Of a DNA stretch of 64,000 nt, positions 52,768-64,000 are shown one piece after another; within the stretch, counting starts at the first letter, position 1; every line of letters begins with the position of its first letter. Both the position numbers and the translations under genes were made by a program. This stretch comes from an uncultured Eubacteriales bacterium (GTDB lineage: Bacteria; Bacillota; Clostridia; Oscillospirales; Acutalibacteraceae): assembly GCA_948968885.1 (NCBI GenBank), contig CAREUR010000001.1, positions 9,026 through 73,025 of the forward strand, read 5' to 3'. Below the pieces are notes generated by a model. It saw only the letters and a program-made list of their open reading frames with translations. It ran no database searches and was not told the DNA's origin.

Positions 52768-53529
52768 TTGAAAAAAAGTGGAAAAATGCGAATAATAGTG
52801 GGGAATTGGAAGATGAACAAGGCTCCGGCCGAGGCTGCAGCTTTGTTTAGCGAGATAGCATCTGGCTTAACGTCCGACTGCTGCCGGGTTATCCTGTGTG
52901 TACCTTTTGTGGATTTGCTTACGGTTGCCAATCTGGCGGCGGATACAGAGATTTGCATCGGTGCGCAGAATTGTCATTTTGACAACGAAGGTGCTTACAC
53001 TGGCGAAATTTCGCCGGCCATGCTGAATAATATCGGTGTAAATCATGTTATACTGGGTCACAGCGAGCGCAGGAAATATTTTGGTGAAACTGACGAAACG
53101 ACAAATAAAAAGGTCAAGTTGGCGATTGCATCAGGTTTGACGCCTATTGTGTGTGTGGGCGAAACCTTGCTGGAACGGGAGCTTGGCGTTACGGACGAGA
53201 AAATTTCGATTCAGATAAAAAAGTTGCTCAACGGCGTTTTGACGCCACAGTTAGAGAATTTAATTATCGCTTATGAGCCGGTTTGGGCGGTTGGGTCTGG
53301 CCGATGCATCGAGCACGCCGATTTGGTGCATGTTTGCAAGGTGATTAGAGCCTCCCTTTCTAGTCTTTATGGGGTTGAAGCGGCTAATAATGTCCCGATA
53401 TTGTACGGTGGATCGATAAACTCGCAAAATTTTACGGATCTACTAAGCATTGATGATATCGATGGAGGCCTTGTTGGCGGGGCTTCCTTGGTTGCTGAAG
53501 AATTTTTGAAAATCGTCAACTGTACATAG
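52768..53529 (+). CDS. tpiA: triose-phosphate isomerase
   Basis: GNWKMN, GHSERR and AYEPVWAVGSG. The start is either TTG 52768 (GGAG upstream) or ATG 52786. Confidence 0.96.
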   Translation: MKKSGKMRIIVGNWKMNKAPAEAAALFSEIASGLTSDCCRVILCVPFVDLLTVANLAADTEICIGAQNCHFDNEGAYTGEISPAMLNNIGVNHVILGHSERRKYFGETDETTNKKVKLAIASGLTPIVCVGETLLERELGVTDEKISIQIKKLLNGVLTPQLENLIIAYEPVWAVGSGRCIEHADLVHVCKVIRASLSSLYGVEAANNVPILYGGSINSQNFTDLLSIDDIDGGLVGGASLVAEEFLKIVNCT

Positions 53530-53616
53530 CACCTTATTCGGCTTATTACGAAAATCAAAATATCCGCATGGTAACTAGGTTTTTGGGCATTTTAGTTTTG
53601 AGGAGATTGATGAATT

Positions 53617-55188
53617 ATGGACAAAAAAACTTTTTATATTACGACGCCGATATACTATCCATCGGGCAACCCGCACCTTGGTCACAGCTACTGCACCGTG
53701 GCGGCGGACGCTATGGCTAGGTTCAAGCGCTTAGTTGGCTACGATGTGATGTTTTTGACGGGTACGGATGAGCACGGGCAAAAAATCGAGTTGAATGCAG
53801 CTAAAGAAAAATTGCCGCCCAAGGAGTACGTGGACAGGCTGGTTGCGGAGTTTCGGCGACTTTGGGATATTATGGATATCTCCAACGACAGGTACATTCG
53901 CACGACGGATGGCTATCACGTCGCGGCGGTGCAGAAGATCTTTCGCGCGCTTTACAATAAGGGCGAGATTTACAAGGGCAACTACGAGGGCTGGTACTGC
54001 ACGCCGTGCGAGTCCTTCTGGACGGAGACGCAGCTAGTTGATGGAAAATGCCCAGACTGCGGGCGTGAAGTGAATTTGACTGAGGAAGAAGCCTACTTCT
54101 TCAAGCTTTCTAAGTATTCTGACAGGCTTTTGCAGCTGTATGACGAGCATCCGGAGTTTTTAGAGCCCGAAAGCCGCCGCAACGAGATGATCAGCTTTAT
54201 CAAGGGTGGTATAAACGACCTGTGCGTGAGCCGGACGAGCTTTAGTTGGGGCGTGCCGGTCGATTTTGACGAGAAGCACGTGGTTTATGTGTGGCTGGAT
54301 GCACTTACCAATTATATCACGGCGCTTGGCTATAGTTCCGACAATGACGCCGATTTTAAGCGTTACTGGCCTGCAGACGTCCATTTTGTGGGCAAGGAGA
54401 TTGTCCGATTTCATGCGATTATCTGGCCGGCCATACTTATGGCGCTGGATTTGCCTTTACCTCGCAAAATTTATGGCCACGGATGGCTTCTTTTTGGCGA
54501 CGGCACCAAGATGTCCAAGTCTAAGGGCAATGTGGTGGATCCGCAGATTTTGTGCGATCGGTACGGTGTGGACGCGATCAAATACTTCTTGATGCGCGAA
54601 ATTCCCTTTGGGGCGGACAGCGTCTTCACAAACGAGGCTTTGATAAGTCGGATAAACTCAGATTTGGCGAACGATTTGGGAAATTTGCTCTCTCGCACAA
54701 CCGCTATGATCGAGAAATACTTCGGCGGCAAATTGCCTCAGCCCCTTGAGAGCGCCGTCGCTGACAATGAGTTGATTTTTATGGCGACGTCTTTGCGAGA
54801 AAAATATGAACATCACATGGAGCGGTTTCAGTTTTCAAGCGCCTTGACGGAGGTTTGGAAGCTAATTGCACGGACCAACAAATACATCGACGAGACGATG
54901 CCCTGGGCGCTGAGCCGGGACATAGAAAAAGCGAATCGGCTGGCCTGCGTTTTGTACAATTTATGCGAGGTTTTGCGAATTGTGTCGATCCTGATCACAC
55001 CGTTCATGCCCAACACCGCGCCAATTATCGCACAACAAATCGGAGCTCGGGATGACGTCCTAGGCTGGGAAACCGCCAACAAATGGGGAATACTGCCGGT
55101 TGATGCTGAGATCAAAAAAGGTGAACTGCTTTTTCCAAGAATCGATGTAGAAAAAGAGCTCTCGGAGCTAGAAAAATGCACTAAGTAG
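53617..55188 (+). CDS. metG: methionine--tRNA ligase (short form, no C-terminal tRNA-binding domain)
   Basis: HIGH-type motif PHLGHSY, KMSKS and a zinc knuckle CTPCESF...CPDCG. 523 aa. Confidence 0.96.
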   Translation: MDKKTFYITTPIYYPSGNPHLGHSYCTVAADAMARFKRLVGYDVMFLTGTDEHGQKIELNAAKEKLPPKEYVDRLVAEFRRLWDIMDISNDRYIRTTDGYHVAAVQKIFRALYNKGEIYKGNYEGWYCTPCESFWTETQLVDGKCPDCGREVNLTEEEAYFFKLSKYSDRLLQLYDEHPEFLEPESRRNEMISFIKGGINDLCVSRTSFSWGVPVDFDEKHVVYVWLDALTNYITALGYSSDNDADFKRYWPADVHFVGKEIVRFHAIIWPAILMALDLPLPRKIYGHGWLLFGDGTKMSKSKGNVVDPQILCDRYGVDAIKYFLMREIPFGADSVFTNEALISRINSDLANDLGNLLSRTTAMIEKYFGGKLPQPLESAVADNELIFMATSLREKYEHHMERFQFSSALTEVWKLIARTNKYIDETMPWALSRDIEKANRLACVLYNLCEVLRIVSILITPFMPNTAPIIAQQIGARDDVLGWETANKWGILPVDAEIKKGELLFPRIDVEKELSELEKCTK

Positions 55189-55196
55189 GAGGTTTT

Positions 55197-55970
55197 GTGG
55201 CCATGATCTTTGATTCTCATGCGCATTATGACGATGCTGCTTTTGACAATGACCGTGATGACTTGATTTGCAGACTTTTTGATATGGATGTGTGCGGAAT
55301 TATCAACGTTGGGTGCAACATTCAGACTTCGAAAGCCTCGGTGGAGTTGGCTCGAAGGTACTCCTTGATTTGGGCGGCCGTTGGCGTGCACCCGCAAGAG
55401 GCTGATGGCGTTCCACCGGATTATCTCGACATTTTGGGCTCATTTTTGGCAGAAGAAAAAGTCGTTGCGGTCGGTGAAATCGGGCTCGACTACCATTATG
55501 ACGAACCCTCGAGGGAAGCTCAAAAGGCGAAATTTGAAGAGCAAGTGAAATTGGCTAAAGCCCTTGACGTGCCGGTGATAATCCACGATAGAGACGCACA
55601 CGCCGACACACTTGAAATCTTGAAAAAATACAAGCCAAAAGGCGTGGTGCATTGCTTTTCTGGCAGCGTTGAGATGGCAACCGAGGTCGTGAATTTGGGC
55701 ATGTATGTGGGCCTGGGAGGCGTAGTGACCTTTAAAAACGCCAAAAACCCCGTGCTCGTGGCAAAGTCTGTGCCACTAAATCGGATTTTACTAGAGACGG
55801 ACTGCCCATACTTGGCGCCAGAACCAAATCGAGGCTCCCGATGCGATTCCAGCATGATAAAATTCACTGCAGAGAAAATCGCCTTAGAGCGCGGTATATC
55901 GGTGGAAGAGCTGTTGGGATGTACTAAAGAAAACGCATTACAACTGTTTTCTAAAATAAACGTAAAATAA
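55197..55970 (+). CDS. tatD: TatD family metal-dependent DNase/hydrolase
   Basis: DSHAHYDD, GEIGLDYHY, VHCFSG and LETDCPYL. Confidence 0.93.
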   Translation: MAMIFDSHAHYDDAAFDNDRDDLICRLFDMDVCGIINVGCNIQTSKASVELARRYSLIWAAVGVHPQEADGVPPDYLDILGSFLAEEKVVAVGEIGLDYHYDEPSREAQKAKFEEQVKLAKALDVPVIIHDRDAHADTLEILKKYKPKGVVHCFSGSVEMATEVVNLGMYVGLGGVVTFKNAKNPVLVAKSVPLNRILLETDCPYLAPEPNRGSRCDSSMIKFTAEKIALERGISVEELLGCTKENALQLFSKINVK

Positions 55971-55973
55971 TTA

Positions 55974-56007
55974 ATGGCTAAGCTGCTCGATGCTTAGCCA
56001 TTTTTCT
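55974..56007. terminator. bidirectional intrinsic terminator (tatD / dapB)
   Basis: atggctaagc (55974-55983) pairs with gcttagccat (55992-56001), a 10-bp stem, then ttttt. Confidence 0.7.
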
Positions 56008-56023
56008 TGCAAGATTTTTTAAA

Positions 56024-56776
56024 TTATACCATCAGGTCAGCCATGGTGTATAGTCCGGCTGGCTTTGACACTACAAATTTCGCGGCATTTACGGCTCCCT
56101 CTGCGAAAATTTCCTTTGACTGCGCGGTGTGCGATATCCTCAAAACTTCATCCTTCCCGGCAAAAATGATTTCGTGCTCGCCTACCATCGTGCCGCCCCG
56201 CACAGAATGTATGCCTACTTCGTTTTTGCCTCTAGCCTTCTTGCAAAGATGCCGGTCATACACGTATTCCAGACTTTGCCCCAGCGCTGCCTTCACCGCA
56301 CCTGCAATCATCAGCGCCGTTCCGCTGGGCGCGTCAATTTTTCTATTGTGGTGCTTTTCTACGATTTCTATATCAAAGCCGGGGTACAGGGCTTTCGCGG
56401 CCTTTTGGGCGAGAGAAATCATCAGGTTCACCCCTAACGACATATTGCTAGAAAATAAAATTGCGATCCGCTCCGATGCTGCCTTGATTCTTTCAATCTG
56501 AGCTTCGTTAAATCCCGTTGTACAGATCACCGCTGGCATCTTTTTTGCAGTCGCGTAGGATAAAAGCGAGTCGATCAGCTCTGGATTCGAAAAATCGATG
56601 ATAACGTCCGCCTCTGCACTGAGTTCGCTAAATGCTTCAACAACCGGGAACTCGGTCGTGGCGCTTATTTTTTTGCTTACACCCCCCACAATAGCGCAAT
56701 CCGCTCGCTCCGACACCACCTTCGCAACGGCCCGGCCCATCTGTCCACCGGCGCCGCTCAATATTATCCTCGTCAT
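56024..56776 (-). CDS. dapB: 4-hydroxy-tetrahydrodipicolinate reductase
   Basis: GAGGQMG NAD(P)-binding motif and EKHHNRKIDAPSGTA. Confidence 0.95.
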   Translation of the reverse strand: MTRIILSGAGGQMGRAVAKVVSERADCAIVGGVSKKISATTEFPVVEAFSELSAEADVIIDFSNPELIDSLLSYATAKKMPAVICTTGFNEAQIERIKAASERIAILFSSNMSLGVNLMISLAQKAAKALYPGFDIEIVEKHHNRKIDAPSGTALMIAGAVKAALGQSLEYVYDRHLCKKARGKNEVGIHSVRGGTMVGEHEIIFAGKDEVLRISHTAQSKEIFAEGAVNAAKFVVSKPAGLYTMADLMV

Positions 56777-56806
56777 TTTGCACTTCCCATCTGCGTTCCC
56801 CGCGTT

Positions 56807-57700
56807 TTATTTTTTCGCGATGCCGAAATTTCTCATCGCCGTCACCAATTTATCTTTATTTTCGGCCGAGAGCAAAACCAGCGGAAGCCGACAACTGCCG
56901 CAATTAAAGCCCAACTGATTCATCGCTTCTTTTACCGGAATCGGGTTTACGTCGCAAAATAGCGCCTCCATCAGCTCATTCGACTTCAAAAACAGCTCTC
57001 TGGCGGCGTTTAAGTTCCCTTCAAAAAATTTTTCATTGATTTCATGGCTTTCGTAAGGGCAAACATTCGCGAAAACCGAGATCACTCCCAGCCCACCCAG
57101 CGACAAAATCGGAACGGTCTGGTCGTCGTTTCCAGAATAAACCGCCAAGTCATCGCCACAAAGCGCAATAGTCTTCGCAATGGCCGAAAGATCGCCGTTT
57201 GCCTCCTTGGTGGCCACGATGTTTGGGTGCTTTGCAAGCTCCGCGTAGGTCTCTGGCCTAATCGAGACCCCCGTGCGCGACGGCACGTTGTACAGAATCA
57301 TCGGCAGATCCACATTGTCCGCGATGCAGCTGTAGTGGCGAATCAGGCCCCTTTGCGACGTCTTGTTGTAATAGGGCGTCACCACCAAGATCGCGTCCGC
57401 ACCCAGTTCTTTGGCCCTTTTAGACATTTTCAGCGCGTGCTCGGTGCTGTTGCTGCCCGTGCCAGCTACGACGGGGACTCTGCCCGCGACCTTTTTCACC
57501 GTGAAATCAATCACCGCAGCGCGCTCCTCGTCGCTCATAGTGGTCGATTCCCCCGTCGTGCCGCAAGTTATTATCGCGTCTGTCTTGTTTTTTATCTGAA
57601 ACTCCAGAATTTCCTCCAGAACCTCGAAATTTACGCTCCCGTCGCTGTACATCGGCGTCACGAGCGCCACACCCGAGCCCTTAAAGACCGTCTTTTTCAT
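56807..57700 (-). CDS. dapA: 4-hydroxy-tetrahydrodipicolinate synthase
   Basis: GTTGESTTMS and the YNVPSRTG motif. ATG 57700 lies 6 nt after GGAGGA; the track GTG 57706 lies inside the SD. Confidence 0.96.
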   Translation of the reverse strand: MKKTVFKGSGVALVTPMYSDGSVNFEVLEEILEFQIKNKTDAIITCGTTGESTTMSDEERAAVIDFTVKKVAGRVPVVAGTGSNSTEHALKMSKRAKELGADAILVVTPYYNKTSQRGLIRHYSCIADNVDLPMILYNVPSRTGVSIRPETYAELAKHPNIVATKEANGDLSAIAKTIALCGDDLAVYSGNDDQTVPILSLGGLGVISVFANVCPYESHEINEKFFEGNLNAARELFLKSNELMEALFCDVNPIPVKEAMNQLGFNCGSCRLPLVLLSAENKDKLVTAMRNFGIAKK

Positions 57701-57730
57701 GAACACTCCTCCGTTTTGTTGTAAAAGTTG

Positions 57731-58813
57731 TTAATCGATGAATCCCTTGGCGCAGAGCATCTCGGACATCAAGATGGCCCCGCCAGCCGCGCCTCGGACT
57801 GTGTTGTGCGACATGCAGACAAATTTAACGTCATACTGCGTGTCGTTCCGTAGTCTGCCCAGAGCGATCGCCATGCGGTTTTCTAGCTCCCGTGCGCTGC
57901 GTATTTGAGGGTAATGCGGGTCTTCAAAATAATACAAAAACCGCTTTGGTGCGCTTGGTAGCACTATTCCCGCAGATAGCCGCTCGCCGTAGATTTGCCA
58001 TCTTTGTTTTATTTCATCCAGCGTTGGCTTGTTTCTGAACGACACAAAAACGGCGGCGGTATGCCCATCACTCACTGGGACTCGGATGCACTGCGTTGTT
58101 ATGCTGGGCTTTGTGGCGTTTTCTATGCCATTTTCGCAAACTTTTCCCCAGATTTTCAGCGGTTCCTGCTCGGATTTTTCTTCCTCGCCCGCTATGTAGG
58201 GGATGATGTTGTCGACCATTTCTGGCCAGCGCTCGAAGGTTTTGCCCGCGCCGGAAATCGCCTGATATGTGCACGCGAGCACCTTTGTTACTCCAAAATC
58301 CCGCAATGGGTGTATCGCCGGGACGTAGCATTGCAGCGAACAATTCGATTTTACCGCGATGAATCCTCTTTTTGTGCCCAGTCGTTTTCTCTGAGCCTCG
58401 ATTATATCTGCGTGCTCGGGGTTAACCTCCGGGATGATCATCGGCACATCCTTAGTTCCTCTGTGCGCGCTGTTGTTCGATATCACGGGACATTCGGCCT
58501 TCGCGTAGCTCTCCTCCAGCCGTAGCAGCGCCTCTTTGGGCATATCCACTGCGCAAAAAACAAAGTCCACCGCCGCTGCGATCGCTTTCAAATCGCTTAC
58601 CGCATCCAAAACGGGCATGTCTTTCACTTGTTCCGGGAGCCCCTGTGCCAGCGCCCATCTGCCGTTTAAGGCTTCTTCGTACGTTTTGCCGGCCGAATTC
58701 TTGCTCGCAGCCAGCACCGCTACGTCAAACCAAGGATGCCCCGCCAACAGTGCCACAAAGCGCTGCCCTACCATTCCGGTGGCCCCCAAGATGCCTACTT
58801 TAAACTTTTTCAT
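57731..58813 (-). CDS. asd: aspartate-semialdehyde dehydrogenase
   Basis: GATGMVGQ and the active-site Cys context KSNCSLQC. 360 aa. Confidence 0.96.
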   Translation of the reverse strand: MKKFKVGILGATGMVGQRFVALLAGHPWFDVAVLAASKNSAGKTYEEALNGRWALAQGLPEQVKDMPVLDAVSDLKAIAAAVDFVFCAVDMPKEALLRLEESYAKAECPVISNNSAHRGTKDVPMIIPEVNPEHADIIEAQRKRLGTKRGFIAVKSNCSLQCYVPAIHPLRDFGVTKVLACTYQAISGAGKTFERWPEMVDNIIPYIAGEEEKSEQEPLKIWGKVCENGIENATKPSITTQCIRVPVSDGHTAAVFVSFRNKPTLDEIKQRWQIYGERLSAGIVLPSAPKRFLYYFEDPHYPQIRSARELENRMAIALGRLRNDTQYDVKFVCMSHNTVRGAAGGAILMSEMLCAKGFID

Positions 58814-59018
58814 ATTTTCAAGAGCCGTCGGATGGCCCTTTGTGCCGCCTTTCGTTTAAAATTGAACTCAAAAATTGCCAAAATGTGTTGTAAACTCGGC
58901 CATAATCAAATATAATTATCTTTGATTTGCCGTTGGTTTTTTCGAATTTCGAAAATTAGGTGATGTAATAGCATAGCATTTTTGCGCCGTGGTGTCAAGT
59001 TTTCCCGCGGTTTGAAGG

Positions 59019-60056
59019 ATGATTGTCATTTTGAAGACGAAAGATTTTTTCTATAATTTGCCAAGGGAGTTGATCGCTCAAGACCCCATCGAAAAGCGCG
59101 ATCACTCGCGGTTGTTGGTGCTTGACAGGTCGAGCGGCGAGGTCTTGCATAAACATTTTTATGATATAGTTGACGAACTTATGCCCGGTGATTGCTTGAT
59201 TCTTAACGATTCTCGAGTGCTTCCGGCCCGAATCTTCGGCGTTAGAGAGGACTTTGGCGTTACAGTGGAGTTTTTGCTTTTGACTCAAAAAGGCCCAAAC
59301 GTCTGGGAGGCCTTGGCTGGGCCCGGCAAAAAGGCCAAGGTCGGGGCTAAATTTATTTTTAGTGGCGGTGCGATGCTTGGCGAGGTTTTGGACGTCCTGC
59401 CCGACGGCAACCGCGTTGTTAAGTTTGACTGCGAGGGGAATTTTTTTTCTGCTTTAGAAAAAATCGGCCAGATGCCGCTCCCACACTATATTACTCACGA
59501 GTTAGTCGACCGTGAACGCTATCAGACTGTGTATTCTCGCGAACTCGGATCTGCTGCTGCCCCAACTGCCGGGCTTCACTTTACGGACGATTTGCTCCAA
59601 AAAATTCAAAATAAGGGCATCAAAATAGGCTTCGTTACGCTCCATGTCGGGCTTGGGACGTTTCGTCCGGTTAAGGTTGCCGATATTGCTGACCACAAGA
59701 TGCACGCCGAGCATTACGAGGTTCCGCCGCAAACTGCCGCGCTTATTTCTAATACCAAAAAGGCTGGTAACCGTGTTATCGCTGTTGGCACCACCAGCTG
59801 CCGCACGCTTGAGGCTATGTTCAAGAAATTCGGCGACGTCGCTCCCTGCGAGGGCTGGACCGACATTTTCATTTATCCTGGCTTTAAATTCGAGCTCGTC
59901 GACGCTTTGATCACCAACTTTCACCTGCCCGAGAGCACTTTGATCATGTTAGTTTCGGCTTTTGCCGGTCGTGATGCGGTTTTGTCTGCTTATCGGACGG
60001 CGGTTGCCGAGAAATATCGGTTTTTCAGCTTTGGTGACGCGATGTTTATCCGTTGA
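59019..60056 (+). CDS. queA: S-adenosylmethionine:tRNA ribosyltransferase-isomerase
   Basis: [25 protein letters not shown] and GTTSCRTLE. The start is ATG 59019 or TTG 59031. Confidence 0.95.
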   Translation: MIVILKTKDFFYNLPRELIAQDPIEKRDHSRLLVLDRSSGEVLHKHFYDIVDELMPGDCLILNDSRVLPARIFGVREDFGVTVEFLLLTQKGPNVWEALAGPGKKAKVGAKFIFSGGAMLGEVLDVLPDGNRVVKFDCEGNFFSALEKIGQMPLPHYITHELVDRERYQTVYSRELGSAAAPTAGLHFTDDLLQKIQNKGIKIGFVTLHVGLGTFRPVKVADIADHKMHAEHYEVPPQTAALISNTKKAGNRVIAVGTTSCRTLEAMFKKFGDVAPCEGWTDIFIYPGFKFELVDALITNFHLPESTLIMLVSAFAGRDAVLSAYRTAVAEKYRFFSFGDAMFIR

Positions 60057-60062
60057 ATGTGA

Positions 60063-61202
<1,140 letters not shown>

Positions 61203-61222
61203 CCGCTTGGTGCAAATCGCTC

Positions 61223-61251
61223 TTGATTTAAACTTGAAAATCTGGTATAAT
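61223..61251 (+). promoter_or_regulatory. sigma-A-like promoter for yajC (TTGATT-17-TGgTATAAT)
   Basis: ttgatt at 61223-61228 and tataat at 61246-61251, preceded by tgg. Confidence 0.45.
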
Positions 61252-61284
61252 CATGTTTGTTAATCTTTTGGAGGTGCTGGCTTT

Positions 61285-61593
61285 ATGATGAGTGCAGAGG
61301 GTTCTGCTGGGATTATGAACGTCGTTTTTATGACGCTTCTTTTCGCTTTAATGTATTTTTTTATGATTCGACCGAGTTCTAAGCGCAAAAAGCTCGAGGA
61401 CGACATGCGAAACAACATTCAGATCGGCGACGAAATCACTACTATTGGCGGGATCGTTGGCCGGATTGTTGCTGTTAAGGACGATAATCAGTCTTTTATT
61501 ATTGAGACTGGCGTGGATCGGAGCAAGATCAAAATTAAAAAATGGGCTATTGCTAGCTGCGATTCTCAGAAAGAAAGCAGTAAAAACGCTTAA
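61285..61593 (+). CDS. yajC: preprotein translocase subunit YajC
   Basis: A single TM is followed by FFMIRPSSKRKK and GDEITTIGGIVGRIV. It lies downstream of tgt as in many bacteria. Confidence 0.9.
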   Translation: MMSAEGSAGIMNVVFMTLLFALMYFFMIRPSSKRKKLEDDMRNNIQIGDEITTIGGIVGRIVAVKDDNQSFIIETGVDRSKIKIKKWAIASCDSQKESSKNA

Positions 61594-61749
61594 AGCCCTG
61601 TAAATACGGATTTTTGTTTAATTATGTTAACATCAAAATACAATTTTGCCCATATTGTTAGCAATGGCGACGATATGGCGTTTAAAATTAAAAAATGTTT
61701 GGCCAAATTCAAAATTGGTTCTGTAAGTTGAGCCTATTTTCAGGCTCGT

Positions 61750-62238
61750 TTAAAGTACTTTTTTATAAAGCGAAACCCCGTTTGTTCCGACTTTTTCTAA
61801 CGCCGTGCCAAAGTCAAGACCAAGCGCGGCTCTTTTGGGGTATAAATCGCCTAAAGGGACCATCACAAAGGCGCGCGCTTTTATGCCGGGGTGCGGCAGA
61901 ATTAGATGCTTCGTGTTAAGCGTCACTCCTTCGTATAATAGCAAATCGATGTCGATTATCCGGGCGGCGTTTTTATAGGTTCGCACTTTTCCCATCGCGG
62001 CTTCTATCCCGAGGCAGCACCCTAGCAAAGCCTCTGGAGGAAGCTCCGTTTTTATTTTTGCACAGCAATTAAGATGGTCATTCTGCTCGTCTGGCGCCAA
62101 AAACGGCTCTGTAACGTAAATTGAAGAGAGTTCCTCAACTGTGGTCCCAGGCAGCCTCTTCAAAGATTCGATTGCCGTTTTTAAATTTTTTTCTCTGTCC
62201 AAAAGGTTGCTCCCGAGCGCAATGACGGCTTCCTTCAT
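61750..62238 (-). CDS. folK: 2-amino-4-hydroxy-6-hydroxymethyldihydropteridine diphosphokinase
   Basis: ALGSNL start motif, RIIDIDLL and LILPHP. Confidence 0.93.
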   Translation of the reverse strand: MKEAVIALGSNLLDREKNLKTAIESLKRLPGTTVEELSSIYVTEPFLAPDEQNDHLNCCAKIKTELPPEALLGCCLGIEAAMGKVRTYKNAARIIDIDLLLYEGVTLNTKHLILPHPGIKARAFVMVPLGDLYPKRAALGLDFGTALEKVGTNGVSLYKKVL

Positions 62239-62619
62239 TTAATTGAGCGCCTCTCTTGTTCTAAAAATTTCAACAGCAACATAGTCGAACTCTGCAGCAG
62301 TAATCGGAGCTTCGGGCTTTTTTGCGCACACGTTTACAGCGCTAATCGGCTTAAACGCTCGCAATATGCTCTGTGCAACGCTTTCTGCAAGGGTTTCTAT
62401 CAAATCGTACCTGTTTTCGGTGGCAACTTTAACCGCCATTTTAAAAATTTTAGCGCAACTCACCGTATCATCGAGGTTATCAGTCGCAGCAGCCTTGCTC
62501 AATGGCATGTATGCTACGATATCTAAAATAAAATTCTGGCCGTCCACCTTTTCTTCGGGGTTCACGCCATGATACGCAAAAACCTTAATCCCCTTAACAA
62601 TAATCTTATCCAAAGTCAT
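62239..62619 (-). CDS. folB: dihydroneopterin aldolase
   Basis: DKIIVKGIKVFAYHGVNPEEKVDGQNF and the C-terminal region VCAKKP. 126 aa. It abuts folK. Confidence 0.92.
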   Translation of the reverse strand: MTLDKIIVKGIKVFAYHGVNPEEKVDGQNFILDIVAYMPLSKAAATDNLDDTVSCAKIFKMAVKVATENRYDLIETLAESVAQSILRAFKPISAVNVCAKKPEAPITAAEFDYVAVEIFRTREALN

Positions 62620-62628
62620 CCCTCCACA

Positions 62629-63438
62629 CTATTCATCGGCAATTTCAGCCCTCAAGATCGCGTCTGCCACTTTTGACGCTTGCACAGCCTCTTTAACGTC
62701 GTGAACCCTTATGATATTCGCGCCGTTCAAAATGGCGATCGTGTGCGCGGCAATAGTCCCGGGCATCCTCTCTTCAAACGGAGGGTCTCCGCACGGCGTG
62801 CCGATAACCCTCTTTCGAGAAGTGCCAACCAGCACAGCGACGCCATCCGCAACATAATTTTTGAAATTTTTAATGGTACAAAGATTTTCCTCATAGCTCT
62901 TGCCAAAGCCGATGCCCGGATCCACGCAGACTCTGCACTTTTGCACGCCTCTTTTCAAGAGTTTAGCAATCTGCTCCTCAAAAAATGCTTTCATCTGATT
63001 CAGCGGCCCATCGTGCATAATCATGCAACCACAGTCGCTGCCGCTCGCAATATCAATCATCGCGGCATCCTTAAAGCCGGTAACGTCGTTTATTATGTCT
63101 GCGCCGGCCGCCAGCGCCTCCTTGGCCACAGCCGGATAAAAAGTATCCACAGAAATCGGGACTCGAATTTGTCCTTTAAGAGCATGCAAAACCGGCATTA
63201 GCCGGGCCAATTCTTCCTCTGGAGATATTCTAACGCACCCCGGCCGTGTGGACTGTGCCCCCACGTCAACGATGTCCGCACCGTCGCCTTGCATCTGCAA
63301 AGCGTGCGCCACTGCGGTCTCCACGGTATTCCACTTGCCGCCGTCAGAAAAAGAATCCGGCGTAACGTTTAAAATCCCCATGACATAGGTCTTTTTGTCC
63401 AAATCCAAAACAAATTTGCCTGCGTTAAATGTCCTCAT
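62629..63438 (-). CDS. folP: dihydropteroate synthase
   Basis: GILNVTPDSFSDGG, DVGAQSTRPG and DPGIGFGK. Confidence 0.95.
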   Translation of the reverse strand: MRTFNAGKFVLDLDKKTYVMGILNVTPDSFSDGGKWNTVETAVAHALQMQGDGADIVDVGAQSTRPGCVRISPEEELARLMPVLHALKGQIRVPISVDTFYPAVAKEALAAGADIINDVTGFKDAAMIDIASGSDCGCMIMHDGPLNQMKAFFEEQIAKLLKRGVQKCRVCVDPGIGFGKSYEENLCTIKNFKNYVADGVAVLVGTSRKRVIGTPCGDPPFEERMPGTIAAHTIAILNGANIIRVHDVKEAVQASKVADAILRAEIADE

Positions 63439-63453
63439 TTGCCGCTATCATCC

Positions 63454-64000
63454 TCATTTTAGTAGATTTAAAGCTTCATTTCTTTTTTGAATGTCGTCCT
63501 TTAGCGCCCCATAAAAAGCCGCGGTCTTGGTTTTGGAACCCATCGCCTTAATGCCGCGCATTGTCATGCACAGGTGCTCCGCCGCTATCGTCACAATGAC
63601 GCCGTCCACGTTCGCGTTTTCATAAATAAACTTTGCAACTTGGTCCGTTAGCCGTTCTTGCACCTGAAGGCGCTTGGCAAAGCAGTCTACGATCCTTGCA
63701 ACCTTCGAAATCCCGATTATTCGGCCTTTTTGAGGCATATAAGCAATGTTAGCAACTCCGACAAACGGCAGCATATGGTGCTCGCATATCGACTGCACAG
63801 GGATATTCGTTATTGTGACTATCTCTGAGTCGCAATTTTCTTCATTAAAAAATTTCAAAAGCCCGCAAGGGTCGGTCTTCATCCCAGACAAAACTTCCGC
63901 ATACATCTTTGCAACTCGCCGGGGCGTCTCTCGCAAACCTTCCCGGTCAACGTCTTCGCCCAGCGCACTCAGCAAGTCAAAAACGGCTCTCTCTGCCCTC
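63454..64000 (-). CDS. folE: GTP cyclohydrolase I (5' end beyond the window edge)
   Basis: REGLRETPRRVAKMY and CEHHMLPF. The frame stays open (..RAERAVFDLLSALGED) up to position 64000, so the TTG at 63975 is not the real start. Confidence 0.93.
   Translation of the reverse strand, partial: RAERAVFDLLSALGEDVDREGLRETPRRVAKMYAEVLSGMKTDPCGLLKFFNEENCDSEIVTITNIPVQSICEHHMLPFVGVANIAYMPQKGRIIGISKVARIVDCFAKRLQVQERLTDQVAKFIYENANVDGVIVTIAAEHLCMTMRGIKAMGSKTKTAAFYGALKDDIQKRNEALNLLK

Noticed and set aside
58814-59018. Possible lysine (L-box) riboswitch upstream of asd-dapA-dapB.
   Set aside because: The minus-strand leader is AT-rich. It has no AGAGGCGC-type start or the conserved L-box helices that I can recognise, and it is shorter than a typical L-box. 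It would need cmsearch to exclude it fully.
61730-61747. Hairpin gagcct/aggctc between yajC and folK as a terminator.
   Set aside because: The stem is only 6 bp and has no convincing U-run on either strand. It is too weak to list as a feature.

Overview
This is a 64-kb core-chromosome segment from an endospore-forming Firmicute. The gene content is Clostridia-type: yqfC/yqfD, ylbJ, spmA/spmB, ytaF, an abrB-like gene and a V-type ATPase. Hand-counted 60-nt samples give about 50% GC in coding DNA, and the intergenic DNA is very AT-rich.

I call about 65 protein genes, nearly all housekeeping:
- rpsO-pnp and uvrC
- the ylxM-ffh-rpsP-KH-rimM-trmD cluster
- recO-era-ybeY, thrS and rny
- recD2-comFC
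- a 9-gene V-type ATPase operon
- pgk-tpiA, metG-tatD and asd-dapA-dapB
- queA-tgt-yajC
- folE-folP-folB-folK (folE runs off the right edge)

Several track ORF starts were trimmed to the first start codon that has a Shine-Dalgarno sequence. I saw no rRNA, tRNA, CRISPR array, transposase, integrase or recognisable defence gene.

I did not find a convincing multi-gene novel system. The unexplained content sits in small pockets:
- an AT-rich insert between the ffh operon and recO with two divergent ribbon-helix-helix-like micro-genes, one lacking a canonical start codon
- two strongly AT-rich orphan membrane/secreted-protein genes bracketing thrS-rny, one with internal tandem duplications
- a GNAT gene inside the ribosome-biogenesis operon
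- an unusually C-rich intergenic tract after ylbJ
- a conserved-looking trio of small low-complexity proteins
- several breaks in canonical Bacillus-type synteny

All promoter and terminator calls were made by eye and are low to moderate confidence.
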